Assembly: GCA_965261735.1 (NCBI GenBank)
Contig: OZ253470.1
Location: 2,336,001-2,400,000 of the forward strand
Reading direction: 5' to 3'
Origin: Alphaproteobacteria bacterium
Lineage (GTDB): Bacteria; Pseudomonadota; Alphaproteobacteria; SHVV01
DNA length: 64,000 bases
Part shown: in pieces, positions 44,581-54,802 of the stretch
How positions within the stretch are numbered: position 1 is the stretch's first letter
Layout: each line of letters opens with the position of its first letter
The notes under the pieces: model-generated
Told to the model about the DNA's origin: nothing
Seen by the model: the letters and a program-made list of their open reading frames with translations, nothing else
Databases searched by the model: none
Made by a program: the position numbers and the translations under genes

Positions 44581-45879
44581 ATGGGCGGATCAGGGCACTT
44601 TGCTTACCGCGACCGCGAGCTGCATGCCGAGGAAGTGCCGCTCGCACGCATTGCGGCCGATGTAGGTACGCCGTTCTATTGCTATGCGACGGCCGAGCTG
44701 CGCGAGCGCTACGGCGCCTTCGCCGAGGCGTTTGCCGGGATGGACGCGGGCATCTTCTATTCCGTCAAGGCCAACTCCAACCTCGCCGTCATCCGCACCT
44801 TCGGCGAGCTCGGTGCGGGCGCCGACGTGGTATCCGAGGGCGAGCTGCGGCGAGCGTTGGCGGCGGGCATCGACGGTGGGCGCATCGTCTACTCGGGGGT
44901 CGGCAAGACGACGCGCGAGCTCTTGGCCGGGCTCGACGCGGCGATCCTTCAGTTCAACGTCGAGTCCGAGGGCGAGCTGCGCCAGCTGAGCGAGCTCGCC
45001 GCCGCCCGCGGCGCGGTGGCGCGGGTCGCGCTCCGCCTCAACCCCGACGTCGACGCAGCGACCCACGACAAGATCGCCACCGGCAAGGCCGAGAACAAGT
45101 TCGGCATTCCGTGGCCCGAGGCGCGCGAGGTCTACCGTACGGCCGCCGACCTGCCCGGCATCGAAGTCACCGGCATCGCGGTCCATATCGGCTCGCAGCT
45201 CACCGACCTCGCGCCCCTGGAGGCCGCTTTCGGCGTGCTCGCGGACGCGGTTCGGACTTTGCGCGCCGATGGCCACGCCGTCCGCCGGCTCGATCTCGGC
45301 GGCGGCTTGGGTATCGCCTATCGCGATGAGACCCCGCCCTCGCCAGACGCCTACGCGGCCATGATCCGGCGCGTGTTGGGGCCGCTCGATGCGACGCTGA
45401 TCCTCGAGCCGGGCCGCCATCTGGTCGGCAACGCCGGCGTCCTGGTCGCCCGCGTCGTCCTGGTCAAGCAGATGGGTGCGCGCCGCATCGTCGTCGTCGA
45501 CGGAGCGATGAACGACCTGATTCGCCCTTCCTTCTACGAGGCTTGGCACACGATCGTACCGATCCGCGAGCCCGCGGCGGGGGACGCCGAAGCGCCGGCC
45601 GACGTCGTCGGGCCGGTCTGCGAATCAGCCGACGTCTTCGCGGCGGGGCGACCCCTCACGGCCGTGAACACGGACGATTTACTCGCCTTTTACTCGGCCG
45701 GTGCTTATGGTGCTGTGATGGCATCGACGTATAACAGCCGCCGGCTGGTGCCGGAGGTGTTGGTGTGCGGCTCGGAGTATGCGCTCGTGAGGGCGCGCCC
45801 CAGCTACGACGACATGCTGGCGCTCGAAACGATCCCCGAATGGCTGGCGATGCCGGCGGTCGCGGGGGGCGTATCGTGA
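44581..45879 (+). CDS. lysA: Diaminopimelate decarboxylase
   Basis: YSVKANSN, HIGSQ, DLGGG, EPGR, GPVCES.D, GAYG. Confidence 0.97.
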   Translation: MGGSGHFAYRDRELHAEEVPLARIAADVGTPFYCYATAELRERYGAFAEAFAGMDAGIFYSVKANSNLAVIRTFGELGAGADVVSEGELRRALAAGIDGGRIVYSGVGKTTRELLAGLDAAILQFNVESEGELRQLSELAAARGAVARVALRLNPDVDAATHDKIATGKAENKFGIPWPEAREVYRTAADLPGIEVTGIAVHIGSQLTDLAPLEAAFGVLADAVRTLRADGHAVRRLDLGGGLGIAYRDETPPSPDAYAAMIRRVLGPLDATLILEPGRHLVGNAGVLVARVVLVKQMGARRIVVVDGAMNDLIRPSFYEAWHTIVPIREPAAGDAEAPADVVGPVCESADVFAAGRPLTAVNTDDLLAFYSAGAYGAVMASTYNSRRLVPEVLVCGSEYALVRARPSYDDMLALETIPEWLAMPAVAGGVS

Positions 45880-48248
45880 TGCGGCTCGAAGCCATTCTGC
45901 GCCGCAAGCAGCGCCTGGCGCGCGCCGCCCTGCTGTGGGAGCGCCTGTGGCCGGCCCTGTGGCCCGCGGTCGCGACCGTCGGGCTCTTCCTGGCGCTGAC
46001 GCTGGGCGGCCTGTGGTTGGCGCTGCCGGGATGGCCACACGTGGCTCTGCTGTTCGTGTTCCTGGGCCTCCTTGTCGTCGCCCTGTGGACGGGCTTGCGG
46101 GCCCTGTCCCTACCCGACGAGGAGGCGGCGCGACGGCGGCTCGAGCGCAACAGCGCCCTCGACCACCGCCCCCTGACGGTGCTCAACGATCGTCTCGCCA
46201 CCCGCGCCCAAGACGCACAGAGCGCGGCGCTGTGGCGGCTTCATCGCGAGCGCGCGGCGGCGGCCCTGCGACGGCTCAGGGTCGGCATTCCCCGCGCCGG
46301 CCTCGCCGAGCGCGACCCGTGGGCGATGCGCGTCGCCGTGGCGCTTGTCGTCCTGGTCGCCTTTATCGGCGCCGGGAGCGACGCGGAGCGGCGCCTGGCG
46401 AGCGCCTTCAGACCCGACTTCTCCACCCCGGCCGCCGCGCTCGCGGTCCTCGAGGCGTGGCTGACGCCGCCTGCCTACACCCGCCTTCCCCCCATCTTTC
46501 TGACGACACCCGAGGCGAGCGCGTCGGTTCTGCGCGTGCCCGAGGGGAGCACGCTGCTGGCGCGCGTATCGGGTGGTAGCGGGCGCCCCGTTCTTACCCT
46601 CGATGACGAGGCCGTGCCGTTCACCGATGTCGATGCCTCGGCCTACCAGATCGAGCATGCCATTGGCGGCGGGCGAGAGCTCGCCGTGGTTCAGGAGCGT
46701 AGTGAGCTCGGCCGCTGGCTGCTCGATGTGGTCACCGACGAGGTGCCGCGGGTGGCGCTCGTCAAGGAGCCGGCGCCCTCGGCCCGCGGCGCCCTCGGGA
46801 TCGAGTACGAGGCCAGCGACGACTACGGGCTAGCCTCGGTCAAGGCGACCTTTCGGCGGGCTGGCGCGAGCGACACCATCGAGCTCGATCTACCGCTCGC
46901 GGGGCTGCGGCTCAAGAGCGCCCGCGAGAGGAGCTTCCACGACCTGACACCGCACACCTGGGCGGGCCTCCCGGTGACGTTACGGCTGTCGGCGACCGAC
47001 GCGAGGGAGCAGCTCGGCGAGAGCGAGGACGTGGACCTCGTGCTGCCCGAGCGCAACTTCCGCCATCCCGTGGCGCGGGCAATCATCGAGCAGCGCAAGA
47101 TCCTCACCCTCGATCCGACCCGTCGCGACAAGGTGGCGGCGGCGCTGCGCGCGCTGACGCTGCTGCCGGGCGACTATTTCGACGACGCGGTCGTCCATCT
47201 GGCGCTCAGGATCGCCTCCCGTCGCCTCGTCGATGATAGCGGTGACGATGTGGTCAGCGGCGTCCAGTCCTTGCTATGGGACACGGCGCTCCGCATCGAG
47301 GACGGCAACGTCTCCATCGCCGGCGGCGAGTTGCGCGCGGCGCAGAAGGCCCTGATGGACGCCCTGGCGCGGGACGCCTCCGATGAGGAGATCCAGCGCC
47401 TGATGGACGAGCTGCAGCGGGCGATGGCTCAATACCTCGAGGCCCTCGCCGACCAGGCGATGCGGATGGCGGAGCGGGGCGCGCCGCCGCTCGACCCGAA
47501 CGGCACCTTGATGCGCGGGGACGAGCTGCAGAGGATGCTCGAGCGGGCGCGCACCTTGAGCCAGATGGGGGCACGCGAGGCGGCGCGCCAGCTGCTGGCG
47601 GAGCTTCAAAACATCCTCGAGAACCTGCGCGCCGGCGTGATGGCGCGCCCGGGTGAAGAGGGCGGCGGCCAGGCCCTGCGCGGCCTCAACGACCTCATGC
47701 ACCAGCAGCAGGAGCTGCTCGACCGGACCTTCCGCAGTCATCGCCAAGGGGTGCCGCCCGATGGCATGAGCTTCGGTGACATGGCCGCCCGGCAGGGCCA
47801 GCTGCGGCGGATGCTGGGTGAGGTCATGCGCGCGATCGGCGAGGGCGGCTTCGAGATCCCGGGCGCCCTGGGCAGGGCCGATCAGGCGATGCGCGAGGCG
47901 CTGGACGCCCTCGGGCAGGCCGCGCCGGGCGAGGCCGTCGGGCCGCAAACGAGTGCGCTCGACCAGCTCCGCCAGGGCGCCGGCGAGCTCATGCGCTCGC
48001 TGATGGCGAATGGCGGTCTCCTCGACAGCGAGCTCGATTACGAGGGCGCCGGCGAACTCGGGCGCGATCCGTTCGGGCGGGTCACCGGAGGGCGCGGCGC
48101 GATGGACGATCGGCGTGTCCGCATCCCCGACGAGTCGGACGTGCAACGAGCGCGCGAAATCCTCCAAGAGCTCTACCGGCGCGCCGGACAGCGCACGCGC
48201 TCGGCCACCGAGCTCGACTACATCGGGCGCCTGCTGCGCCGGTTCTAG
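45879..48248 (+). CDS. TIGR02302/DUF4175-family membrane protein
   Basis: LLWERLWP, HRPL, W.TPPAYT.LPPIFL, DDYG, LWDTALRIEDG, RDPFGR, ELDYI.RLL. Confidence 0.9.
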   Translation: MRLEAILRRKQRLARAALLWERLWPALWPAVATVGLFLALTLGGLWLALPGWPHVALLFVFLGLLVVALWTGLRALSLPDEEAARRRLERNSALDHRPLTVLNDRLATRAQDAQSAALWRLHRERAAAALRRLRVGIPRAGLAERDPWAMRVAVALVVLVAFIGAGSDAERRLASAFRPDFSTPAAALAVLEAWLTPPAYTRLPPIFLTTPEASASVLRVPEGSTLLARVSGGSGRPVLTLDDEAVPFTDVDASAYQIEHAIGGGRELAVVQERSELGRWLLDVVTDEVPRVALVKEPAPSARGALGIEYEASDDYGLASVKATFRRAGASDTIELDLPLAGLRLKSARERSFHDLTPHTWAGLPVTLRLSATDAREQLGESEDVDLVLPERNFRHPVARAIIEQRKILTLDPTRRDKVAAALRALTLLPGDYFDDAVVHLALRIASRRLVDDSGDDVVSGVQSLLWDTALRIEDGNVSIAGGELRAAQKALMDALARDASDEEIQRLMDELQRAMAQYLEALADQAMRMAERGAPPLDPNGTLMRGDELQRMLERARTLSQMGAREAARQLLAELQNILENLRAGVMARPGEEGGGQALRGLNDLMHQQQELLDRTFRSHRQGVPPDGMSFGDMAARQGQLRRMLGEVMRAIGEGGFEIPGALGRADQAMREALDALGQAAPGEAVGPQTSALDQLRQGAGELMRSLMANGGLLDSELDYEGAGELGRDPFGRVTGGRGAMDDRRVRIPDESDVQRAREILQELYRRAGQRTRSATELDYIGRLLRRF

Positions 48249-48274
48249 GCGCTCTTCTTCTTCCGTGCGCGGCC

Positions 48275-48640
48275 CTAGGGGCCGCCGGCCAGCACCCGCT
48301 CGACGGCGGCGTTGATTTCGTCCGCCGTGAAAGGCTTGGCCACGAGGTCGCTGATCAGCACGCGTAGGTTTTGCGCGCGCTCGATCTCGTCGCCAAACCC
48401 GCTCATCAGCAGGACGCGCACGTCCGGGTGCTCCTTGACCACCTTCAGTGCCAGCGCGACGCCATCGACGATCGGCATGCGGATATCGGCGAGCACGAGA
48501 TCGAGGTTTCCCAGGGCCAGGGCGCGGACGGCCTCGGCGCCATCGTGCACGACTATCACCTCATGGCCGTGGGCGGCGAGCGCCCGCCGCACGAACTCGG
48601 CGTGATCGAAATCGTCCTCTGCAACGAGAATGCGCGGCAC
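48275..48640 (-). CDS. Single-domain response regulator (CpdR2-like)
   Basis: ILVAEDD, LADIRMP, LMSGF, KPF. Confidence 0.88.
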   Translation of the reverse strand: MPRILVAEDDFDHAEFVRRALAAHGHEVIVVHDGAEAVRALALGNLDLVLADIRMPIVDGVALALKVVKEHPDVRVLLMSGFGDEIERAQNLRVLISDLVAKPFTADEINAAVERVLAGGP

Positions 48641-48721
48641 CGGCCCTCCCCGGATTGCCCCGCCTATGTTAGCCGAAAAACGGCGTCCCCAGGTAGCGGG
48701 CCGGCGTTCTCGCGGCGGCGC

Positions 48722-49411
48722 TCAGCCCTCCTGCTCGCTGGCAAAGAACTCAACCTCCAGGCTGCGCGCGGCCTCGGGCGGATCGGGAACCTGGGTGTCG
48801 AAGGCTGTCATCTGGGTCGGCGCCAGCTCATTCTGGGCGGCGGAAAAGGTCCAGCTGAAGATCTCGCGCTTGCGCACGTCGAGGAGGCTACCGCGCAACA
48901 TCGGCACCGGTCGCGCCTCGCCCGAATTGTTGACGATCTCGCCGACGACGACCAACGTCGGACGATTGTTCTCGATCTGCTGCGTCGAGGTTACGTTGCG
49001 AATATCGAGCCCAACGCCGACCTGGCCCACGCTGAGGCCGACGACGCTGTAGAAGCCCGCCGCCGGGGGCCACTGGACGACGATCCAATCGCGGCCAAAC
49101 CAACCGCCACCGACGATAAGGACGATGACGGCAGCAAGCGCCGACCAGCCCACGATCTGGCCGATCGAGCCGCGCTGAGCCTCCGCCGCCCCGCGTCGAC
49201 CGCTGCGGCCGGTTTCCTGGAGAACCGACGCCCCGATGTCCCCGTCGACGTCTGGCACCGGCAGCGCTCCGACGCTAGCCGGAACATCGCCGGGCAGGCG
49301 CTCGGTCCAGGTGTGTCCGCATCTTACGCACCTGACGATGCGCCCATTGGGGGCGAGCAACTCAGGGTCGATGTTGTAACGGGTCTCGCAATTGGGGCAC
49401 GTCGTAATCAT
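48722..49411 (-). CDS. MJ0042 zinc-ribbon / DUF3426 protein
   Basis: CPNCETRY...VRCVRCGHTW, TM helix, WP, Ig-like tail; divergent from ftsE. Confidence 0.88.
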   Translation of the reverse strand: MITTCPNCETRYNIDPELLAPNGRIVRCVRCGHTWTERLPGDVPASVGALPVPDVDGDIGASVLQETGRSGRRGAAEAQRGSIGQIVGWSALAAVIVLIVGGGWFGRDWIVVQWPPAAGFYSVVGLSVGQVGVGLDIRNVTSTQQIENNRPTLVVVGEIVNNSGEARPVPMLRGSLLDVRKREIFSWTFSAAQNELAPTQMTAFDTQVPDPPEAARSLEVEFFASEQEG

Positions 49412-49572
49412 CGAGGACCCTGAGCTTTTTGCGGCCACACCTTATAAGCCGCTGGCCGAATCGAGGCAAGAGTAGCACGAGACGCGCGCACTGGACGCGG
49501 CGGTAGACGGTGTGCGATGCTTGAGGGTCGGTGACGGGACGCGGGCGGCGCCTGCACGAGGACGAGAGGCAC

Positions 49573-50274
49573 GTGGTTCGCTTTGAGAAGGTCGCCATGC
49601 GTTACGGCTGCGGGCCGAACGTGCTGAGCGATATCTCGTTTCATCTCGAGCCAGGTTCGTTCCATTTCCTGACCGGGCAGAGCGGCGCCGGGAAAACCTC
49701 GCTGCTGCGCCTGCTCTACCTCGCGCACCGTCCGTCACAGGGCTCCATCGTCATGTTCGGCCGCGACATGACGCGCCTCAAGCGCCGGGCGCTGCCCGCC
49801 TACCGCCGCCGCATCGGCGTCGTGTTCCAGGATTTTCGCCTGCTCGACCATCTGACGGCGCTCGACAACGTGGCCCTGCCGCTGCGCATCGCGGGCGCGC
49901 GCCGGGCCGACGTCGAGGTCCACGTCGCCGAGCTCCTCGCTTGGGTCGGCCTCGGCGACAAGATTCACGCCACGCCGCCGACCATGTCGGACGGCGAGAA
50001 GCAGCGCGCCGCGATCGCGCGCGCCGTCATCGCCCGGCCGAGCCTGCTACTGGCCGACGAGCCGACGGGTAACGTCGACCCCGAGCGCGGCCTTAAGGTG
50101 CTCCACCTCTTCGGGGAGCTCAACAAGATCGGCACCACCATCGTCATCGCGACGCACGATCGCCATCTGGTGACGCGTTTCGACCACCCCGAGCTGCGGC
50201 TCGTCGACGGCGAGCTCGAAACGATTCGGCCCGCCGCGCCCCCGGTGCTCCGGCCCCTGCGCGGGAGGGCCTGA
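49573..50274 (+). CDS. ftsE: Cell division ATP-binding protein FtsE
   Basis: GQSGAGKTS, IGVVFQDFRLL, LLADEPTGN, IATHD; signature reads MSDGEKQR. Confidence 0.93.
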   Translation: MVRFEKVAMRYGCGPNVLSDISFHLEPGSFHFLTGQSGAGKTSLLRLLYLAHRPSQGSIVMFGRDMTRLKRRALPAYRRRIGVVFQDFRLLDHLTALDNVALPLRIAGARRADVEVHVAELLAWVGLGDKIHATPPTMSDGEKQRAAIARAVIARPSLLLADEPTGNVDPERGLKVLHLFGELNKIGTTIVIATHDRHLVTRFDHPELRLVDGELETIRPAAPPVLRPLRGRA

Positions 50275-50277
50275 GCC

Positions 50278-51159
50278 GTGGCACGGCGCGCGGAGGCCCC
50301 CTTTCGACCGGCCGCCTCGGGCCGGTTGCTGCCGCTCATTATCGCCGTCATGGTGTTCCTGGCGACGATGGCGCTGATCGCGGCGCTGGCGCTCAACAAT
50401 GCCGTCGGGCGCTGGGACGACAACCTGTCCGGTGGCCTGACGGTTAGAATCGCCACCGGCAACGCCAGCGTTGCCGCGACCGCCGCCGAGGTCCAGTCGG
50501 CGCTGGCCGAGCTGCGGCAGACGCCTGGCGTCGCCACGGCACGCGCGCTGTCCGAGGGCGAACTCGCGGCGCTACTGGAGCCCTGGCTCGGTAAGGGCAA
50601 CCTGGGGCCGGATCTACCCGTACCGCACCTCCTCGACGTCACCCTCGAGCCCGGCGCCGATGTCGATCTCGCCGCACTCACGCAGCGCCTGACGGCGGTG
50701 GCGCCAAGCGCCGTGCTCGACGATCATCGCACTTGGCTCGATCAGCTGGTGCGCCTCGCACGCTGGGCCCAGATCGTCGCCGTGGCCGCGATCGTCGTGC
50801 TCGGGCTCTCCGCCATCGTCGTCGTCGCGTTCGCGATTCAGGCCGACCTCGCCTCCCAAACCCATGCCGCCGAGGTCCTGCACCTGATCGGCGCACGCGA
50901 TTCCTATATCGCGCGCCAGTTCCAGGGCCACGCGCTGGCGCTGGGCTTGCGCGGCGGCGTGCTCGGCATGGCCCTGGCGCTGGCCACCTTTTTGGCCCTC
51001 GCGCGCTTTGCCGCCGGGTTCGATGCGCCTCTGCTGCCGCGCCTCGACTTGGGCCCATTCGATTGGGCCGCCGTTGCGGCGGTACCGTTGGCGGCGGCGC
51101 TCATCGCCACGACGACGGCGCACCTTACCGTGATGCGAGCGCTACGCCGCTTGCCCTAG
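50278..51159 (+). CDS. ftsX: Cell division permease FtsX
   Basis: IAVMVFLA, LLEPWLG, LPVP, DDHRTW, LHLIGARD.YIA.QF. Confidence 0.92.
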   Translation: MARRAEAPFRPAASGRLLPLIIAVMVFLATMALIAALALNNAVGRWDDNLSGGLTVRIATGNASVAATAAEVQSALAELRQTPGVATARALSEGELAALLEPWLGKGNLGPDLPVPHLLDVTLEPGADVDLAALTQRLTAVAPSAVLDDHRTWLDQLVRLARWAQIVAVAAIVVLGLSAIVVVAFAIQADLASQTHAAEVLHLIGARDSYIARQFQGHALALGLRGGVLGMALALATFLALARFAAGFDAPLLPRLDLGPFDWAAVAAVPLAAALIATTTAHLTVMRALRRLP

Positions 51160-51162
51160 CCC

Positions 51163-51714
51163 ATGCTGGTTCTGCTCGACCGAGACGGCGTGCTCAATCG
51201 TGATCGGCCCGACTACGTGAAGACGCCCGACGAACTCGTCATGATCGAGGGTTCCGCCGCCGCCGTCGCTCGCCTCAATCGCGCGGGTCACCGGGTCGCG
51301 GCGGTCACCAACCAGTCAGCCGTCGGCCGCGGGCTCATCGATGCCGCGATGCTCGGGCGAATTCACGATCGTTTGCGCTCTCACCTCGCGGCGGCGGGCG
51401 CCCACCTCGACGCCCTCATCGAGTGCACCGACCCCCCCTGGGCGCCGAGCGAGCGTCGCAAGCCCGAACCCGGCATGCTGTGCGAGGCATTGGCCCGCTT
51501 CGGCGCCGCCGCGGCGGAGACGCCGATGATCGGCGACTCGCTGCGCGACCTGGAAGCCGCCGCCGCCGCCGGCTGCCGGCGCTATCTCGTGCGCACCGGC
51601 AACGGCCGCAAGACGGAAGGGCGCGTGCCCCGCGATCTGGAGCCAGTGCGCGTTTTCGACGATCTCGGCGACACCGTCGATCACCTGCTGAGCCCGGACA
51701 CATGGCGCAGCTGA
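51163..51714 (+). CDS. gmhB: D-glycero-manno-heptose-1,7-bisphosphate phosphatase (HAD)
   Basis: LDRDGVLN, VTNQS, RKPEPGM, IGDSLRD, LVRTG.G. Confidence 0.85.
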   Translation: MLVLLDRDGVLNRDRPDYVKTPDELVMIEGSAAAVARLNRAGHRVAAVTNQSAVGRGLIDAAMLGRIHDRLRSHLAAAGAHLDALIECTDPPWAPSERRKPEPGMLCEALARFGAAAAETPMIGDSLRDLEAAAAAGCRRYLVRTGNGRKTEGRVPRDLEPVRVFDDLGDTVDHLLSPDTWRS

Positions 51715-52346
51715 CCTTCCGTGCGCGAAAGCGGCGCTTGTTGCCGCTGGTCCATGGCCTGCTCGCCATCGCCATAGCCGGGCTCGCACTTTGGTTCGGG
51801 GGGCTCGTCTGGTTCGTCGACGGCATCAGAAGCGAGACCGGAGACGCCACGAGCGCCGCCGACGCCATTGTCGTCCTCACGGGCGGAAGCGGGCGGATCG
51901 ACGCCGGGCTCGCCTTGCTCGGCGCCGGCCGCGCTCAAATGCTCTTCATCTCGGGCGTCGATCGGGGTACGTCGAGGGCCGAGATACGTCGCCGCGCCGA
52001 GCGCTACCCCGAGGCCTTCGAGTGCTGCGTCGTGCTTGGGCGCGAGGCCACCAACACCGCCGGCAACGCCGAGGAAACCGGGCACTGGATGGTCGAGCGG
52101 GACTTTACGAGCTTGTTCGTGGTGACCACGGATTTTCATCTGCCGCGGAGCTTGATCGAATTCCGCCGCGTCATGCCCAATGTCCGCCTCATCGCGGTTC
52201 CCGTTTCCGCCCGCAACATCAAGATCGACTCCTGGTGGCAGTGGCCCGGAACGGCCTGGTTGATCTCACAGGAGTTGGGCAAATACCTGGTCAGTGTGGC
52301 CCGCCTGTATTTGTCGCGCGGTATGCACGCGCTGGCGCTGGCCTAG
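51702..52346 (+). CDS. YdcF/ElyC (DUF218) family protein
   Basis: DAIVVLTGG..RI, LFISGV, NT.GNA.ET, VT..FHLPRS. Confidence 0.9.
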   Translation: MAQLTFRARKRRLLPLVHGLLAIAIAGLALWFGGLVWFVDGIRSETGDATSAADAIVVLTGGSGRIDAGLALLGAGRAQMLFISGVDRGTSRAEIRRRAERYPEAFECCVVLGREATNTAGNAEETGHWMVERDFTSLFVVTTDFHLPRSLIEFRRVMPNVRLIAVPVSARNIKIDSWWQWPGTAWLISQELGKYLVSVARLYLSRGMHALALA

Positions 52347-52350
52347 TCGG

Positions 52351-52366
52351 AAACATAACGAGAACA
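52351..52366 (+). promoter_or_regulatory. Putative alphaproteobacterial LexA box upstream of nrdJ
   Basis: AAACATAACGAGAACA; one mismatch to GAAC-N7-GAAC. Confidence 0.5.
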
Positions 52367-52469
52367 TTGAAACACGCCGCCGGCCTAGGGTAAGATGCCA
52401 TGGGGCCAGTGCGCCGCCGCGCGTTGCGCTGGATCTCGGGTCAGGGTTCGACACCGCATGGAGTTCAGC

Positions 52470-54800
52470 GTGCCCAAACCGGCGCCGATCTCGCAACAGA
52501 TCTGGGACATGAAGTACCGGCTCAAGGGAGCCGACGCATCGCCCGTAGACAAAACCATCGCCGATACATGGCACCGCGTGGCCCGGGCGCTCGCAGCCGT
52601 CGAGGCCGAGCCCGAGCTGTGGGAGGCCCGGTTCCTCGAAGCCATGGAGGATTTCCGCTTCCTGCCCGCGGGGCGCATCCTCGCCGGCGCCGGCGCCGGG
52701 CGGCGCGTCACCCTGTTCAACTGCTTCGTCATGGGCAGCATTGAAGACGACATGACGAGCATCTTCGAGAACCTCAAGGAAGCCGCGCTCACGATGCAGC
52801 AGGGCGGCGGCATCGGCTACGACTTCTCGACGCTGAGGCCGCGCGGCGCGCCTGTCGCTGGCGTCGGCGCGGACGCCTCGGGGCCCCTGAGCTTCATGGA
52901 CGTGTGGGATGCGATGTGCCGCACCATCATGTCGGCCGGCTACCGCCGCGGCGCGATGATGGCGACGCTGCGCTGCGATCACCCCGACATCGAGGCCTTC
53001 ATCGAAGCCAAGCACGATCCCGGCCGGCTGCGCATGTTCAACCTGTCGGTGCTGGCGAGCGACGCGTTCATGAGCGCGGTCAAGGAGGACCAGCCCTGGG
53101 AGTTGACCTTCGGCGGCGTCACCTACAAGAGCCTACCCGCGCGCGAGCTGTGGGATCGCATCATGCGAGCGACCTACGCCTACGCCGAGCCCGGCGTGAT
53201 CTTCATCGACCGTATCAACCGCCGCAACAACCTCGCCTACGTCGAGACGATCAGCGCCACGAATCCCTGCGGTGAACAGCCGCTGCCGCCCTATGGCGCG
53301 TGTCTGCTGGGCTCGATCAATCTCGCGCGCCTGGTGGACAACCCCTTCACGCCCCAAGCCGCGCTCGATGTGGCCGCGCTCGAGCGCCTGGTGCCGGTCG
53401 CCGTACGCATGCTCGACAACGCGATCGACGTCTCCAACTTTCCGCTCGCGGCGCAGGAGCACGAGGCGAAGAACAAGCGGCGCATTGGCCTCGGTGTCAC
53501 CGGGCTCGCGGACGCACTGATCCTGTGTGGAGCCCGCTACGGCTCGCGGGAAAGCATCGCGCTCGTTGAGTCTTGGATGGGCACGTTGCGCCGCGCCGCC
53601 TATCTGGCCTCCGCCGAGCTCGCCGCCGAGAAGGGTGCCTTCGCGCTGTTCGATCGCGACGCCTACCTCGCGGGCGAAAGCGTACTGGAGCTCGATGCGG
53701 ACGTGCGCGCCGCCATCGCCGCCAAGGGCATCCGCAACGCGCTGCTCACGTCCGTTGCGCCGACCGGCACCATCTCGATGTTCGCCGACAACGTCTCGTC
53801 CGGGCTCGAGCCTGTCTTCGCCTTCAGCTACAAGCGCCGTGTGCTGATGCCCGACGGTGCCCGCCGCGAGGAGGACGTTACCGACTATGCCTACCGCCTG
53901 TTCCAGCGCGTCAAGGGGGAGCAGGCGGTGCTGCCGGACGCGTTCGTCGACGCGCAGGCGCTGGCGCCGGTCGACCACGCCGCGATGCAGGCGGCGGTGC
54001 AGCGCTACGTCGATTCGGCCGTCTCCAAGACCATCAACTGCCCGGTCGACATCGCGTTCGAGGCGTTCAAGGACATCTACCTGCTGGCCTACGATTCAGG
54101 CTGCAAGGGCTGCACGACCTATCGCCCCAACGAGATCACGGGCGCCGTGCTCGAGGCCGGAGCGGGACCCGCAACCCCGCCCGAAGTGGCGGCCCAGTCG
54201 GAGTTGCCGCTCCAGGCGCCGCCGACCAAGCCCCACGACGTGTACGAGGCCGGAGGCGTGGTCTACATGACGCAGCCGCTCGACCGTCCCGGCGTGCTGC
54301 CCGGCAGCACCTACAAGGTGCGCTGGCCCGACAGCGACCACGCCATGTACATCACCATCAATGACGTCGTCACCGACGGGCGGCGCCGCCCCTTCGAGGT
54401 GTTCATCAACTCCAAGAACATGGAGCACTATGCCTGGACGGTGGCGCTGACGCGCATGATGAGCGCCGTGTTCCGGCGCGGCGGCGACATCTCCTTCGTG
54501 GTCGACGAGCTCAAGGCGGTGTTCGACCCGCGCGGCGGGCAGTGGGTCGAGGGCCATTACGTCCCCTCGCTGCTCGCGGCCATCGGCGAGGTGATCGAAC
54601 GCCACCTGATCACGATCGGCTTCATCGCGCCGCCCGAGGCCGAGATGCGCGACCGCGCCGAACTGCTCAAGGCCGCCGGCGCCGAGGATTTGGGCGCCGA
54701 CGTCCGCTTCCGCATCTGCCCCAAATGCAGCCAACCCGGCCTCATCCGCCTCGAGAACTGCGACACCTGCACGAGCTGCGGCTACTCGAAGTGTAGCTGA
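52470..54800 (+). CDS. nrdJ: Class II (AdoCbl-dependent) ribonucleotide reductase with TSCPD/Zn-finger tail (start GTG 52470 or ATG 52458)
   Basis: FLPAGRI, LFNCFV, GGGIG, ATNPCGEQPL, CLLGSINL, APTGTIS, SKTIN, CPKC..CTSCGYSKC. Confidence 0.96.
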   Translation: MPKPAPISQQIWDMKYRLKGADASPVDKTIADTWHRVARALAAVEAEPELWEARFLEAMEDFRFLPAGRILAGAGAGRRVTLFNCFVMGSIEDDMTSIFENLKEAALTMQQGGGIGYDFSTLRPRGAPVAGVGADASGPLSFMDVWDAMCRTIMSAGYRRGAMMATLRCDHPDIEAFIEAKHDPGRLRMFNLSVLASDAFMSAVKEDQPWELTFGGVTYKSLPARELWDRIMRATYAYAEPGVIFIDRINRRNNLAYVETISATNPCGEQPLPPYGACLLGSINLARLVDNPFTPQAALDVAALERLVPVAVRMLDNAIDVSNFPLAAQEHEAKNKRRIGLGVTGLADALILCGARYGSRESIALVESWMGTLRRAAYLASAELAAEKGAFALFDRDAYLAGESVLELDADVRAAIAAKGIRNALLTSVAPTGTISMFADNVSSGLEPVFAFSYKRRVLMPDGARREEDVTDYAYRLFQRVKGEQAVLPDAFVDAQALAPVDHAAMQAAVQRYVDSAVSKTINCPVDIAFEAFKDIYLLAYDSGCKGCTTYRPNEITGAVLEAGAGPATPPEVAAQSELPLQAPPTKPHDVYEAGGVVYMTQPLDRPGVLPGSTYKVRWPDSDHAMYITINDVVTDGRRRPFEVFINSKNMEHYAWTVALTRMMSAVFRRGGDISFVVDELKAVFDPRGGQWVEGHYVPSLLAAIGEVIERHLITIGFIAPPEAEMRDRAELLKAAGAEDLGADVRFRICPKCSQPGLIRLENCDTCTSCGYSKCS

Positions 54801-54802
54801 GG
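54778..54802 (+). repeat. 25-bp direct repeat, copy 1 (nrdJ 3' end)
   Basis: GCGGCTACTCGAAGTGTAGCTGAGG, identical to 56971-56995. Confidence 0.95.
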
